In this document: positions 10,936 to 20,972 of the stretch, piece after piece | How the letters are laid out: every line of letters begins with the position of its first letter | Numbering within the stretch: the stretch's first letter is position 1 | From: Nitrospirota bacterium | GTDB lineage: Bacteria; Nitrospirota; UBA9217 | Assembly (NCBI GenBank): GCA_963845065.1 | Contig: CAWJQQ010000009.1 | Coordinates: 128,001 to 192,000 of the forward strand | Direction of reading: 5' to 3' | DNA: 64,000 bases | Notes under the pieces: generated by a model | What the model was told of the DNA's origin: nothing | The model's input: the letters and a program-made list of their open reading frames with translations, nothing else | Database searches by the model: none | Made by a program: the position numbers and the translations under genes

Positions 10936-12080
10936 CTGATGAAAGGCATGAGAATGGAACCTCGCTAACCGATTCGCACAAGATACTTAACCAAATGCCA
11001 CGGTGGGTTCTTATTCTCCTGGCTCTTGGTGTCGCAGCAGTAATCGCTTCCCGTATTACTAACCTCCTCATGATTCTGATAGCCGCATTGGTCATTGCCT
11101 ATATCTTCAGTTCGGTTATCAGTGTCTTTGAAAGGCTTGGAATCAAGAGGAGCGTGGCGGTCATTCTGCTCTTTGTGCTCGCTGGCGTATTCGTGATTGC
11201 AGCAGATCTGCTCTTCATTCCCGGTCTTAAGCAGGAAATTATGAATGTCTATGCAAAGTTTCCTGAGTTCTCGCGTCAGATACAGGATGTTCTCCTTGTA
11301 ATCGCGCAAAACAGCGCAGGGAAATACCCCTTCATCGAATCGGGTATCATGAACCTTATTGATAATGTATTCGGTCCGAACGGATTTCTCGAACGGACAC
11401 CCAACGCTTCAAAAATTCTAATGCAGGCAACGCCATTTATTATGTCGCTCATTCTTGTTCCTTTCTTTGTTTTTTTCCTACTTAAGGACTGGCCGGGCGT
11501 AATAAAGAGGGTCATGGCCTGGGTTCCGCCTTCTTATGTGGAAACGACTATTTCGGTCATTGAAGAGATCAATATCCTCGTTGGAAAGTATCTTCGCGGG
11601 CTTGCCGTTGACTGTTTTGTTATAGGGGTACTGGCTTCAGTGGGGCTCTGGCTCATCGGAATCAACTATCCTATCACGCTCGGCATTTTGAGTGGTGTGG
11701 CAAATATTATACCGTATTTTGGCCCCATTATCGGATGCACGGTATCCTCGCTCGTCGCGCTGATGCAGTACCGTAGTTTTGATCCCGTATGGAATGTCGT
11801 TGTCCTGTACCTCGTAATAAAACTCATGGACGACTTCGTTATACAGCCGCTCCTAATCGGCAAAGGCGTGCACCTCCATCCCATGCTCCTTGTGATTACG
11901 TTAATCGTGGGGGGGAATCTCTTCGGTGTAATGGGTATGATACTGGGGGTCCCTGTTGTCACTGCTGCACAGAAAATTGCGGGCATCCTGCTGGAACACC
12001 ACCGGGAAACACTGAGAAGAGAATCCAAGGCGAGCTTAATCAAGCTGCCCCTTGCTAAGTCTCCCCTCAGACCGATTTAG
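10932..12080 (+). CDS. AI-2E family transporter
   Basis: Multi-TM 382 aa; FFLLKDW, GKYLRG, ANIIPYFGP, IQPLLIGKGVHLHP, GNLFGVMGMILGVP; ATGA overlap with the upstream gene. Confidence 0.92.
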   Translation: MTDERHENGTSLTDSHKILNQMPRWVLILLALGVAAVIASRITNLLMILIAALVIAYIFSSVISVFERLGIKRSVAVILLFVLAGVFVIAADLLFIPGLKQEIMNVYAKFPEFSRQIQDVLLVIAQNSAGKYPFIESGIMNLIDNVFGPNGFLERTPNASKILMQATPFIMSLILVPFFVFFLLKDWPGVIKRVMAWVPPSYVETTISVIEEINILVGKYLRGLAVDCFVIGVLASVGLWLIGINYPITLGILSGVANIIPYFGPIIGCTVSSLVALMQYRSFDPVWNVVVLYLVIKLMDDFVIQPLLIGKGVHLHPMLLVITLIVGGNLFGVMGMILGVPVVTAAQKIAGILLEHHRETLRRESKASLIKLPLAKSPLRPI

Positions 12081-12243
12081 CGCTTTCTTAGTCAATTCCT
12101 TTTTGAAACACCGCAGCATTTGCGTCTTTTGGAAAGTGCACAGAACACTTCGAATTTGCTATCGTTTCCCTTTAAACTGCGACTAAGCTGCCAACGTCTT
12201 GTTCGTTCTATATTTTCCAGATTCCTTACCGTCCATTGTACGC

Positions 12244-12278
12244 CGTTCATCTTCCTGTAATCTGTCTTCTCCTATAAT
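12244..12278 (+). promoter_or_regulatory. Putative OmpR-family binding box plus -10 (copy 1), upstream of the PepSY/TolC-RND operon
   Basis: CGTTCATCTTCCTGTAATCT (12244-12263), 9 nt, TATAAT (12273-12278); identical 20-mer and spacing at 23365. Confidence 0.7.
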
Positions 12279-12339
12279 GTATTTTGCAGGCTGAAATAGA
12301 AGCCGTCTGTGCTCCTAACTTTGCATCGGGGTGGCAGAT

Positions 12340-12647
12340 ATGAAAAGACTCGCGGCAGCCATATGCGGTATTGCCTTGACGTCATTTATAGTCGTTTCGT
12401 GTGGTTCTGCCGGGCACGTACGCAAGGAAAGGCTTTTACTCGCGGGCAATACATAAAGTACGCTAAGATGAGTCTTGACATTGCGCGGAATATTGTCAGA
12501 ACTGCCCTTTCAAGCTTCATCGATTCCGAGGTACGGGATCAAGAGCGCGACGGCAGCTGTCTACGTTATTTCGTTGCGATCCGCAAGAACGGTATCACCT
12601 ACGAGGTAGGTGTGGACTCAGTGACTCGAAGGGATCTCGAAAATTAA
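12340..12647 (+). pseudogene. Frameshifted PepSY-domain exported protein
   Basis: ATG 12340 gives signal-like MKRLAAAICGIALTSFIVVSCGSAG, ending at TAA. Another frame gives AFTRGQYIKYAKMSLDIARNIV...LRYFVAIRKNGITYEVGVDSVTRRDLEN (PepSY-like). Confidence 0.65.
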
Positions 12648-12690
12648 CGGGAAGTTATGATTCTGACTAGCTCAAGGGGGGAGATACACT

Positions 12691-14115
12691 TTGTCTACTC
12701 CGTCAGTATGTGATAAAAAAGAGGATATATCAATTTTATCGAAGCGCCATTTATACCTCTGTTTATTCGTCGTTGCGCTATCTTCATGTGTCTCCTATCA
12801 CGCCAAGCCGCTCAGCACGCGGCCGACCCTGCTGCGCGAAGTACCTCATCTGTATATTCACGCCAACCAAATGCTTCTGCCGGGACTGGCGGTCCCGCCA
12901 TTTAATCCCAATGCAGACATTGATATAACGGAAGTCGCTATGTTGGCCGTGGTAAATAATCCCGACCTGATTGCCGTGCGGGATGAGACAGGCATCGCAC
13001 AGGCCCAGTTGATGGCCGCGGGTATTCTGCCTAATCCGCAGCTGACGGCGGGACTGGCCTATCCTACGAGTGGCCCGGGATATGTCGATGCCTTCAACTT
13101 GGGGCTTGATTATGACATCAGCACCTTATTTACACGCAGGGCCAGTATCAATGCGGCGCGCTCAAATACCATAAGCATTGATTTGACCATCCTGTGGCAG
13201 GAATGGCAGGTGGTACAGCAGGCGCGCATCTTTTTTGTTGATACCGTGGAGCAGAAGAAGCAGATGAAGGAGCTGCAGGCCTTTCGCGATCTCATGGACA
13301 CTGGATATAAGCGTGCACTGCGCGCCCTCAACGAGGGAGACCTTACGATCGATTTTGTGAGCGTGGATATGACCGCTCTTCAGGACGCTACCGCAAGCAT
13401 CCATGATTTGGAACGACAGCTCGCGAAAACGCGGTACGACCTCAATGCGCTTCTGGGCCTATCGCCCGATGTCAAGCTCGATCTCGTGGGAAACGTTGAA
13501 CTTCCGGAACCTGATCAAGAAACTATCGAGACGAACCTGGAACAACTACCGGAGCGCCGGCCGGACCTTCTTGCACTGCAGGCCGGGTATGCAAGCCAGG
13601 AAGAGCGTTTTCGCAAGGCGGTACTGGCCCAATTTCCTGCGCTCACTATCGGTCTGACCCGTGCCCGCGACACAACGGGGGTCTATACTTCGGGCTTTGG
13701 TATTACGCTCAGTCTGCCGTTTTTTGATCGGAACCAGGGTGCGATCGCAATAGAAAAAGCCACCCGTAAGCGCCTGTATGACGAATACCAGGCCCGTCTC
13801 AACGGGGCCTATTCTCAGATTAAGGACCTGCTGGAGCAATCGCGTCTGGTAAACAGGCAATACAAGGAGGTAAAGAGCGCTATCCCGGACATGGAGCAGA
13901 CGGCGGAGCGGGCAAAGACGGCACTGGATTCCGGAAATCTGGACATCACCACTTACACCAGCCTGCGGGCCGCGCTCCTAAGGAAACGTATCGAGGCAAT
14001 CACTCTTGAACAGACCGTGCTCGAACAACGGGTGGCTCTTCAGATGCTGCTTGGCAGTGAACTGCCGCCTGGCCTTGCGCCGGCCGATATTCGTCTCGAT
14101 AGACGGGGAAACTGA
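12691..14115 (+). CDS. TolC family outer membrane efflux lipoprotein
   Basis: Lipobox-like LSSC; AVVNNPDL, LPNPQL, RRPDL, LSLPFFDRNQG; first gene of the OMF-MFP-RND operon. Confidence 0.9.
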   Translation: MSTPSVCDKKEDISILSKRHLYLCLFVVALSSCVSYHAKPLSTRPTLLREVPHLYIHANQMLLPGLAVPPFNPNADIDITEVAMLAVVNNPDLIAVRDETGIAQAQLMAAGILPNPQLTAGLAYPTSGPGYVDAFNLGLDYDISTLFTRRASINAARSNTISIDLTILWQEWQVVQQARIFFVDTVEQKKQMKELQAFRDLMDTGYKRALRALNEGDLTIDFVSVDMTALQDATASIHDLERQLAKTRYDLNALLGLSPDVKLDLVGNVELPEPDQETIETNLEQLPERRPDLLALQAGYASQEERFRKAVLAQFPALTIGLTRARDTTGVYTSGFGITLSLPFFDRNQGAIAIEKATRKRLYDEYQARLNGAYSQIKDLLEQSRLVNRQYKEVKSAIPDMEQTAERAKTALDSGNLDITTYTSLRAALLRKRIEAITLEQTVLEQRVALQMLLGSELPPGLAPADIRLDRRGN

Positions 14116-14116
14116 T

Positions 14117-15154
14117 ATGAAAACGTTGATATCTTTCAGTGTTGTCCTGTGGCTGGTTATTGGACTCTCTCTTGATGCGTCGGCCGCAGAAACCGTGAGC
14201 GCCCTGGTTCAAACCCAGTCCCTCGTGCGGCATAACCTTTCTAAGACGATCTCCAGTTACGGGACAGTAGACGTCGATCCTCTCAATATGGAAAGCATAA
14301 ACTTTCCTCGTGCAGGGCGGGTGACACGGCTTCTGGTTAGTCAGGGAGAAGAAGTAAGTAAGGACGCTCCCCTATTACAGTTCGAGACCAGTCCACAGGA
14401 AAGCGCAAACTATGAGCAGGCACGTACGAGCGTAGATCTCGCAAAAGTCGAGCTGACCCGTGTGCAGAACCTGCTGGCGCAGCAACTGGCGACCAAATCG
14501 CAGCTTGCAGTAGCCCAGAAAGCACTATACGACGCAGAGACTGGGCTTTCTGCTCAGCAGAAAATGGAAACAGGGATTCAAAGCCAGGTGGTTACTGCGC
14601 CTTTTAATGGCATCGTGAGCGCGCTTTTGGTGAGTCAGGGTGAACGCATGCAGGCAGGCGCATCATTATTGCGATTGTCACGGCAAGATCGACTTCGCAT
14701 AGTGCTCGGTATCGAGCCGGAAGACGCTCGCAAAGTAAGACGCGGCATGATGGTCGAGTTGGTACCAGTATTCGATCGCACGCAGGCGGCAGCAGGCGTG
14801 GTCGGCGCGGTCAGCGGCATGATCAATCCACAGACAGGTCTCGTTGATGTGCTTGCCAGACTGAAGTCGGGACAAGCCGTCCGATTGATGCCAGGGATGC
14901 GGATGGAGGGAAAAATCACGCTCGTAAGTCTCCACGGGTTCGCTGTCCCTAGACAGGCGGTCCTCAGTGATGATCACGGATCATATATATTCGTGGTGAG
15001 GAAGGGCCTCAGCCACCGTATCAATGTGAAGACTGGCATCGAAACGCATGGTCTCGTCGGCATCGATGGGTCTTTCGAGAGCGACGATCGCGTTGTAGTC
15101 ATGGGTAATTACGAGCTCCAGGAAGGGATGGCAGTGCGGGAGACTTCGAAATGA
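14117..15154 (+). CDS. RND efflux periplasmic adaptor (membrane fusion protein)
   Basis: Signal peptide MKTLISFSVVLW; lipoyl halves GRVTRLLVSQGEEV and VTAPFNGIV; LMPGM, AVPRQAV. Start 14117 follows the TolC stop. Confidence 0.9.
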   Translation: MKTLISFSVVLWLVIGLSLDASAAETVSALVQTQSLVRHNLSKTISSYGTVDVDPLNMESINFPRAGRVTRLLVSQGEEVSKDAPLLQFETSPQESANYEQARTSVDLAKVELTRVQNLLAQQLATKSQLAVAQKALYDAETGLSAQQKMETGIQSQVVTAPFNGIVSALLVSQGERMQAGASLLRLSRQDRLRIVLGIEPEDARKVRRGMMVELVPVFDRTQAAAGVVGAVSGMINPQTGLVDVLARLKSGQAVRLMPGMRMEGKITLVSLHGFAVPRQAVLSDDHGSYIFVVRKGLSHRINVKTGIETHGLVGIDGSFESDDRVVVMGNYELQEGMAVRETSK

Positions 15155-18100
15155 GCACGTTCTCTCTCTGGGTACAGGTGCATCGCCGCTCAATCCTCTT
15201 CCTGGTACTGATCCTGGCCCTTGCAGGGGCCGTAATTGCCTTCAAATTGCCCGTAGCACTTTTCCCGAATGTGGATTTCCCCCGTGTTGTGGTCTCGCTG
15301 GATGCGGGCGATCGGGCAGCGGAGCTGATGGAACTGCAGGTAACGCGGCCGGTCGAAGAGGCGGTCCGCTCGATACCCGGCGTTATCTCGGTACGCTCCA
15401 ACAGCAGTCGCGGGAGCGCCGATATTTCGATCAATTTCGATTGGGGCGTAGATATGGTTTCCTCACAGCTCCAGGTTGAGTCTGCAGTCAGCCGGGTGCT
15501 ACCGCAACTGCCGCAGGGAACGGTCTTCAAGGTCAAGCGCATGGATCCGACAGTGTTTCCGGTCCTGGCCTACAGCCTGACTTCTGACAGCCTTTCCTTA
15601 GTAGAACTGCACGATATCGCAGAATATAAACTAATTCCCCTGCTGTCAAGCGTCAACGGAACGTCGCGGGTGCAGGTCATCGGGGGCCACTTGGAGGAGT
15701 ATCGCGTTACCGTAGATCCGGCACGACTTCTGACCTACGGACTGACCCTGAACGACGTAGCACAGACGCTTTCGGCAGCCAACGTTATCACGGCCGTGGG
15801 ACGCATGGAAGACCATTTCAAACTTTATCTCGTGATGTCGGACACGCGCTTTACAGGCCTCGACCAGATCCTCCGAACCGTCTTACGCAGCGGTCCAAAC
15901 GGCATTGTCCGCGTTGAGGAAGTCGCCACAGTACAGCGCGACATCGTTCCCCAGTGGCAGCGCGTGACCGCAGATGGGCACGACGCCGTGTTGATTAATG
16001 TCTACCAGCAGCCTGGTGGCAATACCGTCCAGATCGCCCGGGACATCAAGGCAAAACTTGCCTTCTATCAGGCCGCGCTGCCTGCAGGGGTCCGGATCAG
16101 CAATTGGTACGACCAGAGCGAGCTCATCATTGCATCCGCGACCAGCGTACGCGATGCAATCATCATCGGAGTGATCCTCGGAGCGCTGGTATTGCTCTTT
16201 TTCCTACGCAATCTCAAGATTACCCTCATCGCCATCGTCGTCGTTCCGACGGTGCTGGCTGCCACCATTGTCCTTCTCTATGTGCTGAAGATGAGCTTTA
16301 ACATCATGACGCTGGGGGGGATGGCGGCAGCAGTAGGTCTGATTATAGATGACGTCATTGTGATGGTGGAGCACATCATGCGACGTTTGCGCGGGAGCGG
16401 AGAACAGCACCGTGGTCGCGTGATGGCCGCAGCGCGTGAGTTTGCACAGCCTCTCGTGGGTTCCTCTACGGCCACCATCATCATCTTTCTGCCGCTGGCC
16501 TTTTTGAACGGGGTAACTGGTGCTTTCTTTAAGGCTCTGTCGCTCACCATGGCGGCGGCTTTGATTATTTCATTTCTCATAACCTGGCTTGCCATTCCGA
16601 TCCTAGCGGACCATCTGCTAGGAAGAAAAGAAGCGGAAGAGAGCGAAGGCGGTCCTTTCAGGGAACGCACGCACCACGCGTACGAATGGATCATGACGCG
16701 ATTGTTGATACGGCCAGTATTCCTCCTGACAGGCATCGTTCCGCTCCTGGTACTCGGTTTCATTAGTTACCGCCAAGTCGGATCAGGGTTCATGCCGGTG
16801 ATGGATGAAGGAGGCTTCATCCTCGATTACCGCACGCCGCCTGGAACCGCGCTTTCCGAAACCGACCGTCTGTTACGCCAAGTCGAAGACATCATCACGG
16901 CTACTCCGGAAGTGCTCACCTATTCGCGCCGTACGGGCACGCAACTCGGCGGCGGACTCACGGAGGCTAACGAAGGCGACTTTTTTATCCGATTGAAACC
17001 GCTGCCGAGACGACCCATCGAAGATGTCATGGACGACATCCGCAAAAAAGTTGAGCGGGAGGTGCCTGGCATCGATATCGAACTAGCCCAGCTCATGGAA
17101 GATCTGATCGGAGACCTGACTGCCGTGCCTCAGCCCATCGAGATCAAACTGTACTCCGACAACCAATACCAGCTTGCCGCCGTGGGCCAGCGAGTGGCCG
17201 ATGCCATCGGTGGAATACCCGGCGTGGTGGATGTACGCAGCGGCATCGTTCTTGCGGGGGACGCGCTGGACATCCAGATGGACCGAACTAAGACCGCACT
17301 GGAAGGGGTAGATCCCGACACAATAACCCGCACGTTGAATGACTATCTGACAGGTGCGGCGACGACCCAGGTTCAGGAAGGGGTAAAGATGGTCGGCGTC
17401 CGCGTCTGGATTGCTCAAGAGCAGCGCGACAAAGAAAGCGAGATCAGAAATCTCATGATGCGTTCCCCAGACGGCCATATGTTTCCCCTCAGGCGGGTGG
17501 CGAGCGTCAAGGCAGTCATCGGCCAAGCCCAGATAACCAGCGAAAACCTTAAGACTATGACGGCGGCGACTGGCCGCATCACCGGCCGAGATATGGGCTC
17601 GGTCATCCGGGATGTGCGCATGGTACTGGCACGCCCGAGTTTGATTCCGAAGGACGTCTATTTCGAACTGGGTGGGATGTACGAACAGCAGCAGATCGCG
17701 TTCAGAGGGCTTATTGCCGTGTTCATCGCCGCACTAGCCCTCGTGTGTCTGCTCCTCCTCTTTTTATATGAACGCTTACAAATCGTGCTAGCCATCATGG
17801 TGATCCCTGTCCTTTCCCTGTCAGCGGTCTTCATTGGGCTATGGATGACCGGCACGGAACTGAACATCTCTGCCATGATGGGCATGACCATGATCGTGGG
17901 AATTGTGACTGAGGTTGCAATTTTTTACTTCTCGGAATACCGTGAACTCGCTGAGAGCATGGACGTGCTCCCCGCATTGATCGAGGCGGGAAAGAACCGC
18001 ATGAGGCCCATCATCATGACTACGTTCGTGACGATCCTGACCTTGCTGCCCCTGGCGCTGGCGCTGGGTCAGGGCGCCGCGATGCAACAACCCCTCGCAA

Positions 18101-18228
18101 TCGCAATCATATCGGGGCTGCTGGTCCAAATACCGCTTACGCTACTTGTATTGCCCACGTTTTATTATCTTGTCTCAAAAGTAAAAGGAGAAAATGGCAA
18201 GATAGATGAGAGTGGGGTTTTACCATGA
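15151..18228 (+). CDS. RND efflux permease (AcrB/CzcA/CusA superfamily)
   Basis: 1025 aa; LPVALFPNVDFP, VTRPVEEA, GLIIDDVIVMVEH, RMRPIIMT, QQPLAIAIISGL. Confidence 0.95.
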   Translation: MSTFSLWVQVHRRSILFLVLILALAGAVIAFKLPVALFPNVDFPRVVVSLDAGDRAAELMELQVTRPVEEAVRSIPGVISVRSNSSRGSADISINFDWGVDMVSSQLQVESAVSRVLPQLPQGTVFKVKRMDPTVFPVLAYSLTSDSLSLVELHDIAEYKLIPLLSSVNGTSRVQVIGGHLEEYRVTVDPARLLTYGLTLNDVAQTLSAANVITAVGRMEDHFKLYLVMSDTRFTGLDQILRTVLRSGPNGIVRVEEVATVQRDIVPQWQRVTADGHDAVLINVYQQPGGNTVQIARDIKAKLAFYQAALPAGVRISNWYDQSELIIASATSVRDAIIIGVILGALVLLFFLRNLKITLIAIVVVPTVLAATIVLLYVLKMSFNIMTLGGMAAAVGLIIDDVIVMVEHIMRRLRGSGEQHRGRVMAAAREFAQPLVGSSTATIIIFLPLAFLNGVTGAFFKALSLTMAAALIISFLITWLAIPILADHLLGRKEAEESEGGPFRERTHHAYEWIMTRLLIRPVFLLTGIVPLLVLGFISYRQVGSGFMPVMDEGGFILDYRTPPGTALSETDRLLRQVEDIITATPEVLTYSRRTGTQLGGGLTEANEGDFFIRLKPLPRRPIEDVMDDIRKKVEREVPGIDIELAQLMEDLIGDLTAVPQPIEIKLYSDNQYQLAAVGQRVADAIGGIPGVVDVRSGIVLAGDALDIQMDRTKTALEGVDPDTITRTLNDYLTGAATTQVQEGVKMVGVRVWIAQEQRDKESEIRNLMMRSPDGHMFPLRRVASVKAVIGQAQITSENLKTMTAATGRITGRDMGSVIRDVRMVLARPSLIPKDVYFELGGMYEQQQIAFRGLIAVFIAALALVCLLLLFLYERLQIVLAIMVIPVLSLSAVFIGLWMTGTELNISAMMGMTMIVGIVTEVAIFYFSEYRELAESMDVLPALIEAGKNRMRPIIMTTFVTILTLLPLALALGQGAAMQQPLAIAIISGLLVQIPLTLLVLPTFYYLVSKVKGENGKIDESGVLP

Positions 18229-18299
18229 GCATACTGATCGTAGTGGACGAAAAATCAATTGCCGATATTTTGAAAGAAGGCTTGCATTTAAAAAATTAA
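18225..18299 (+). pseudogene. 5' remnant of an OmpR-family response regulator
   Basis: ATGA overlap with the RND stop; MSILIVVDEKSIADILKEGLHLKN* versus MRILIVEDEKSLADILKKGL of 23627. Confidence 0.8.
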
Positions 18300-18381
18300 T
18301 GCAGCCTCTTATAATCATATTTGAGCAGCCCCATTTGGTCAAAGTATCCAACCGCACTATTTTTTTATAAATATTACACCG

Positions 18382-20430
18382 ATGTACTTGAAAGATGCAG
18401 CGCGATATAACGTTTGGGAGAGATCCTTCCCGAGGAGATATACAATGACACGTTCTAATCAGCTGAATAATTTGATCAGTAAATTCCAGTGGGACAGTAA
18501 TTGGACTTCATCCATACGCTATACGTTGGCACTGATTCCATTACTTCTCCTGACGTTACGGATAAAATATGATCTCCTCATGTCGACTGCCATCTTGGTT
18601 CTATCGCACAATCTGGGAAGATATGGAGACAATGCCCTTGGATTTTGGGAAAGACTCACGTTTTTTCGCAGCGACCTGTTACTCGGTTTTATCCTGTTCC
18701 CGATCTGTTATATGTTCATCATACGAGTATTGCCGAGCAGATATCGCGTTTTGTTTGTTGTCGCTCTCAATATCAGTTTTTGCACCATGCTCTACGCAAC
18801 GTGGCAGTGCTATTTACAAACGGGGCAGTTTTATTCCCTGTCAACATTGCGCGACTCCCTTTGGTGGGGATGGCATCATCCCGAGTTCATCAGCCAGTAT
18901 GTTTCCAGGAGCGGCATTGCGAAGCTTTTGCTGGCTATCATAGTTAGCTGCGGGGCAGCGCTGTGGGCGGCCGTACTCGACAAGAAGAGCACAGCCCCAC
19001 AAAATTCGAATCGCTGGCGCAATGGAGCCGTTGGATACGTAGTGCTGATTGTATTAACTGCCTTGGTGCCTTCTATCACTTCATCGATCCCGTCGACACA
19101 ATATCATAAAAGCATCTTCATGGTGGCAGCAGATTCATTCCTGGGAGTTAGAGAGGGTGGTATTTCTTTCAAGGAGTTCGCCCAGTTGGGGCGAGTGGAA
19201 TTGATAAGGCGTTACCGGGACTTTGTTCATGCTCCGGCGCGGGAAAAAAATTTGCTTTATTGGTCGAAAGCCAAAGGATATAACGTCATATTCTTCATTT
19301 TGGAAACCGCCCCTGCAAGGGTGCTCCACCTGGATGGAGATCTCCAGGACCTGCCCGTTCTGCGACGGTTGCGAAAACAGGCATTTATGGGCTTGGAGCA
19401 TTATACTACGTATCCTTACACAAACAGGGCATGGTTTTCCATTTTTAGCTCATTATATCCTTCAAGTCTGGAAAATAATTTTGCGGACAAGCCGGGTCGA
19501 CACTTTCCTGGCATGATCCATAGCTTATCAGACCAGGGATACGTTACGAAGGTCTATTACACCCCAAATGTTACGGATTACGAAACATTCGAGTCACTTG
19601 GGTTCCAGTTCCAATATTTTCAGACAAGAATGCTACCCGAGGAATTGCCCCGTGACACGAAGGATATCGCGACAGAAAATATTGAAAAAGTGAGAATAGC
19701 TGAAGACAAGACAACACTAAGCCTCTTAGAAAATGACATGGAAAAGTGGCTTCGGGAAAAGCAAAAGTTTTGTGTCGCGATCGGTCCCCAGATCGGCCAT
19801 GCGCCATGGCTGAAGCTTCAAGAATCAGTGAACCAGGACAACCTGACTGCTCGAGGTCATGCAACGATCAAATTACAAGATAAGTGGTTGGGTGAGCTGG
19901 TAGACATTCTTCAGAAGTATGACCAGTTGGATAAGACAATCATTGTCGTGGTCGGGGACCATGGCGTGCGCACGAAACAGGAAGACCCGAGTTTCGAGGG
20001 GGGGATGATAGATGAATATTCCTTCCATGTACCTCTGCTTATTTATGTACCGCGAGTCCTTCACTCCACAGTTGCAATCCCCTGGGTGACATCGCACATT
20101 GATGTGTCTCCGACCGTCTCGGATCTGCTGGGAATTACAGAAGAGCGAAGCATGGAACAGGGGTCCCCCCTTTGGGAAAAACAGTTGCGGAACCGGGCAA
20201 CGTATTTTTTTGCTAATTCCTATTTGGGGGCCGACGGCTATACGTATGGAGGTCAATATTATATGAAAAACCAGGTTTCAAACGTGATCTATAATAATAA
20301 AAGACTTAATTTCGGGATGAACAACCTTGTTCCCGACAATACAGCTGCATACAAATATATCAATGAGAGGATTCAGCACATGGTTGCCCTCCAGGAAGCA
20401 CTCGGGAAAAAAGCAGGAGAACAACCGTAA
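18382..20430 (+). CDS. Membrane-anchored sulfatase-like / LTA synthase family protein
   Basis: N-terminal TM bundle; NVIFFILET, HYTTYPYT (Thr at the nucleophile position), GHAPW, VVGDHG, HVPLLIY, SHIDVSPT. Start may be 18445. Confidence 0.85.
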   Translation: MYLKDAARYNVWERSFPRRYTMTRSNQLNNLISKFQWDSNWTSSIRYTLALIPLLLLTLRIKYDLLMSTAILVLSHNLGRYGDNALGFWERLTFFRSDLLLGFILFPICYMFIIRVLPSRYRVLFVVALNISFCTMLYATWQCYLQTGQFYSLSTLRDSLWWGWHHPEFISQYVSRSGIAKLLLAIIVSCGAALWAAVLDKKSTAPQNSNRWRNGAVGYVVLIVLTALVPSITSSIPSTQYHKSIFMVAADSFLGVREGGISFKEFAQLGRVELIRRYRDFVHAPAREKNLLYWSKAKGYNVIFFILETAPARVLHLDGDLQDLPVLRRLRKQAFMGLEHYTTYPYTNRAWFSIFSSLYPSSLENNFADKPGRHFPGMIHSLSDQGYVTKVYYTPNVTDYETFESLGFQFQYFQTRMLPEELPRDTKDIATENIEKVRIAEDKTTLSLLENDMEKWLREKQKFCVAIGPQIGHAPWLKLQESVNQDNLTARGHATIKLQDKWLGELVDILQKYDQLDKTIIVVVGDHGVRTKQEDPSFEGGMIDEYSFHVPLLIYVPRVLHSTVAIPWVTSHIDVSPTVSDLLGITEERSMEQGSPLWEKQLRNRATYFFANSYLGADGYTYGGQYYMKNQVSNVIYNNKRLNFGMNNLVPDNTAAYKYINERIQHMVALQEALGKKAGEQP

Positions 20431-20972
20431 ATAGCTCTCCGTAGACACAATGGCAAAACAAGATGAAACCCGGGAAAGTATTGATATCAGTACTATCAAC
20501 ATTTTTTCCTTTCAGGAACTGTTGACGTCTACCACGCTGGAAGGATCGCAGGCTTATGTACATGGATTATAGTAGTGGAAAAGTTACCGGTCGGACTCTC
20601 CGCTCCTTGTTTGATAATCGGTGTCTTCCAGAGGTTTTAACTGCGTGATTGGCTTGCTGAAATCTAAGACAATAGGTAAATTCTTCATTTTATTCCCTGC
20701 TGGTCATGACATCTTGGAAATTATATTTTGCTGACGCTGTCTACGAGGTGAGGATGCGGGCCTTTCGCCGGTCAAACCCAATGGCCAAAAGCTGATCGTA
20801 TGGCGTCTCGACAGGGCGGATATTGGGCGTGACAAACAATGCTTCGTGTTATTCAGTACTATATTGCTGGCTCTGTGAGGCCTATGATCTTACCGTGTTT
20901 AATTTATGCTTTTCCAGTAACGGTCAACTGAAGCTTGGTTTTTCACCATAGATGTCTATAAGGAGGATTAGA

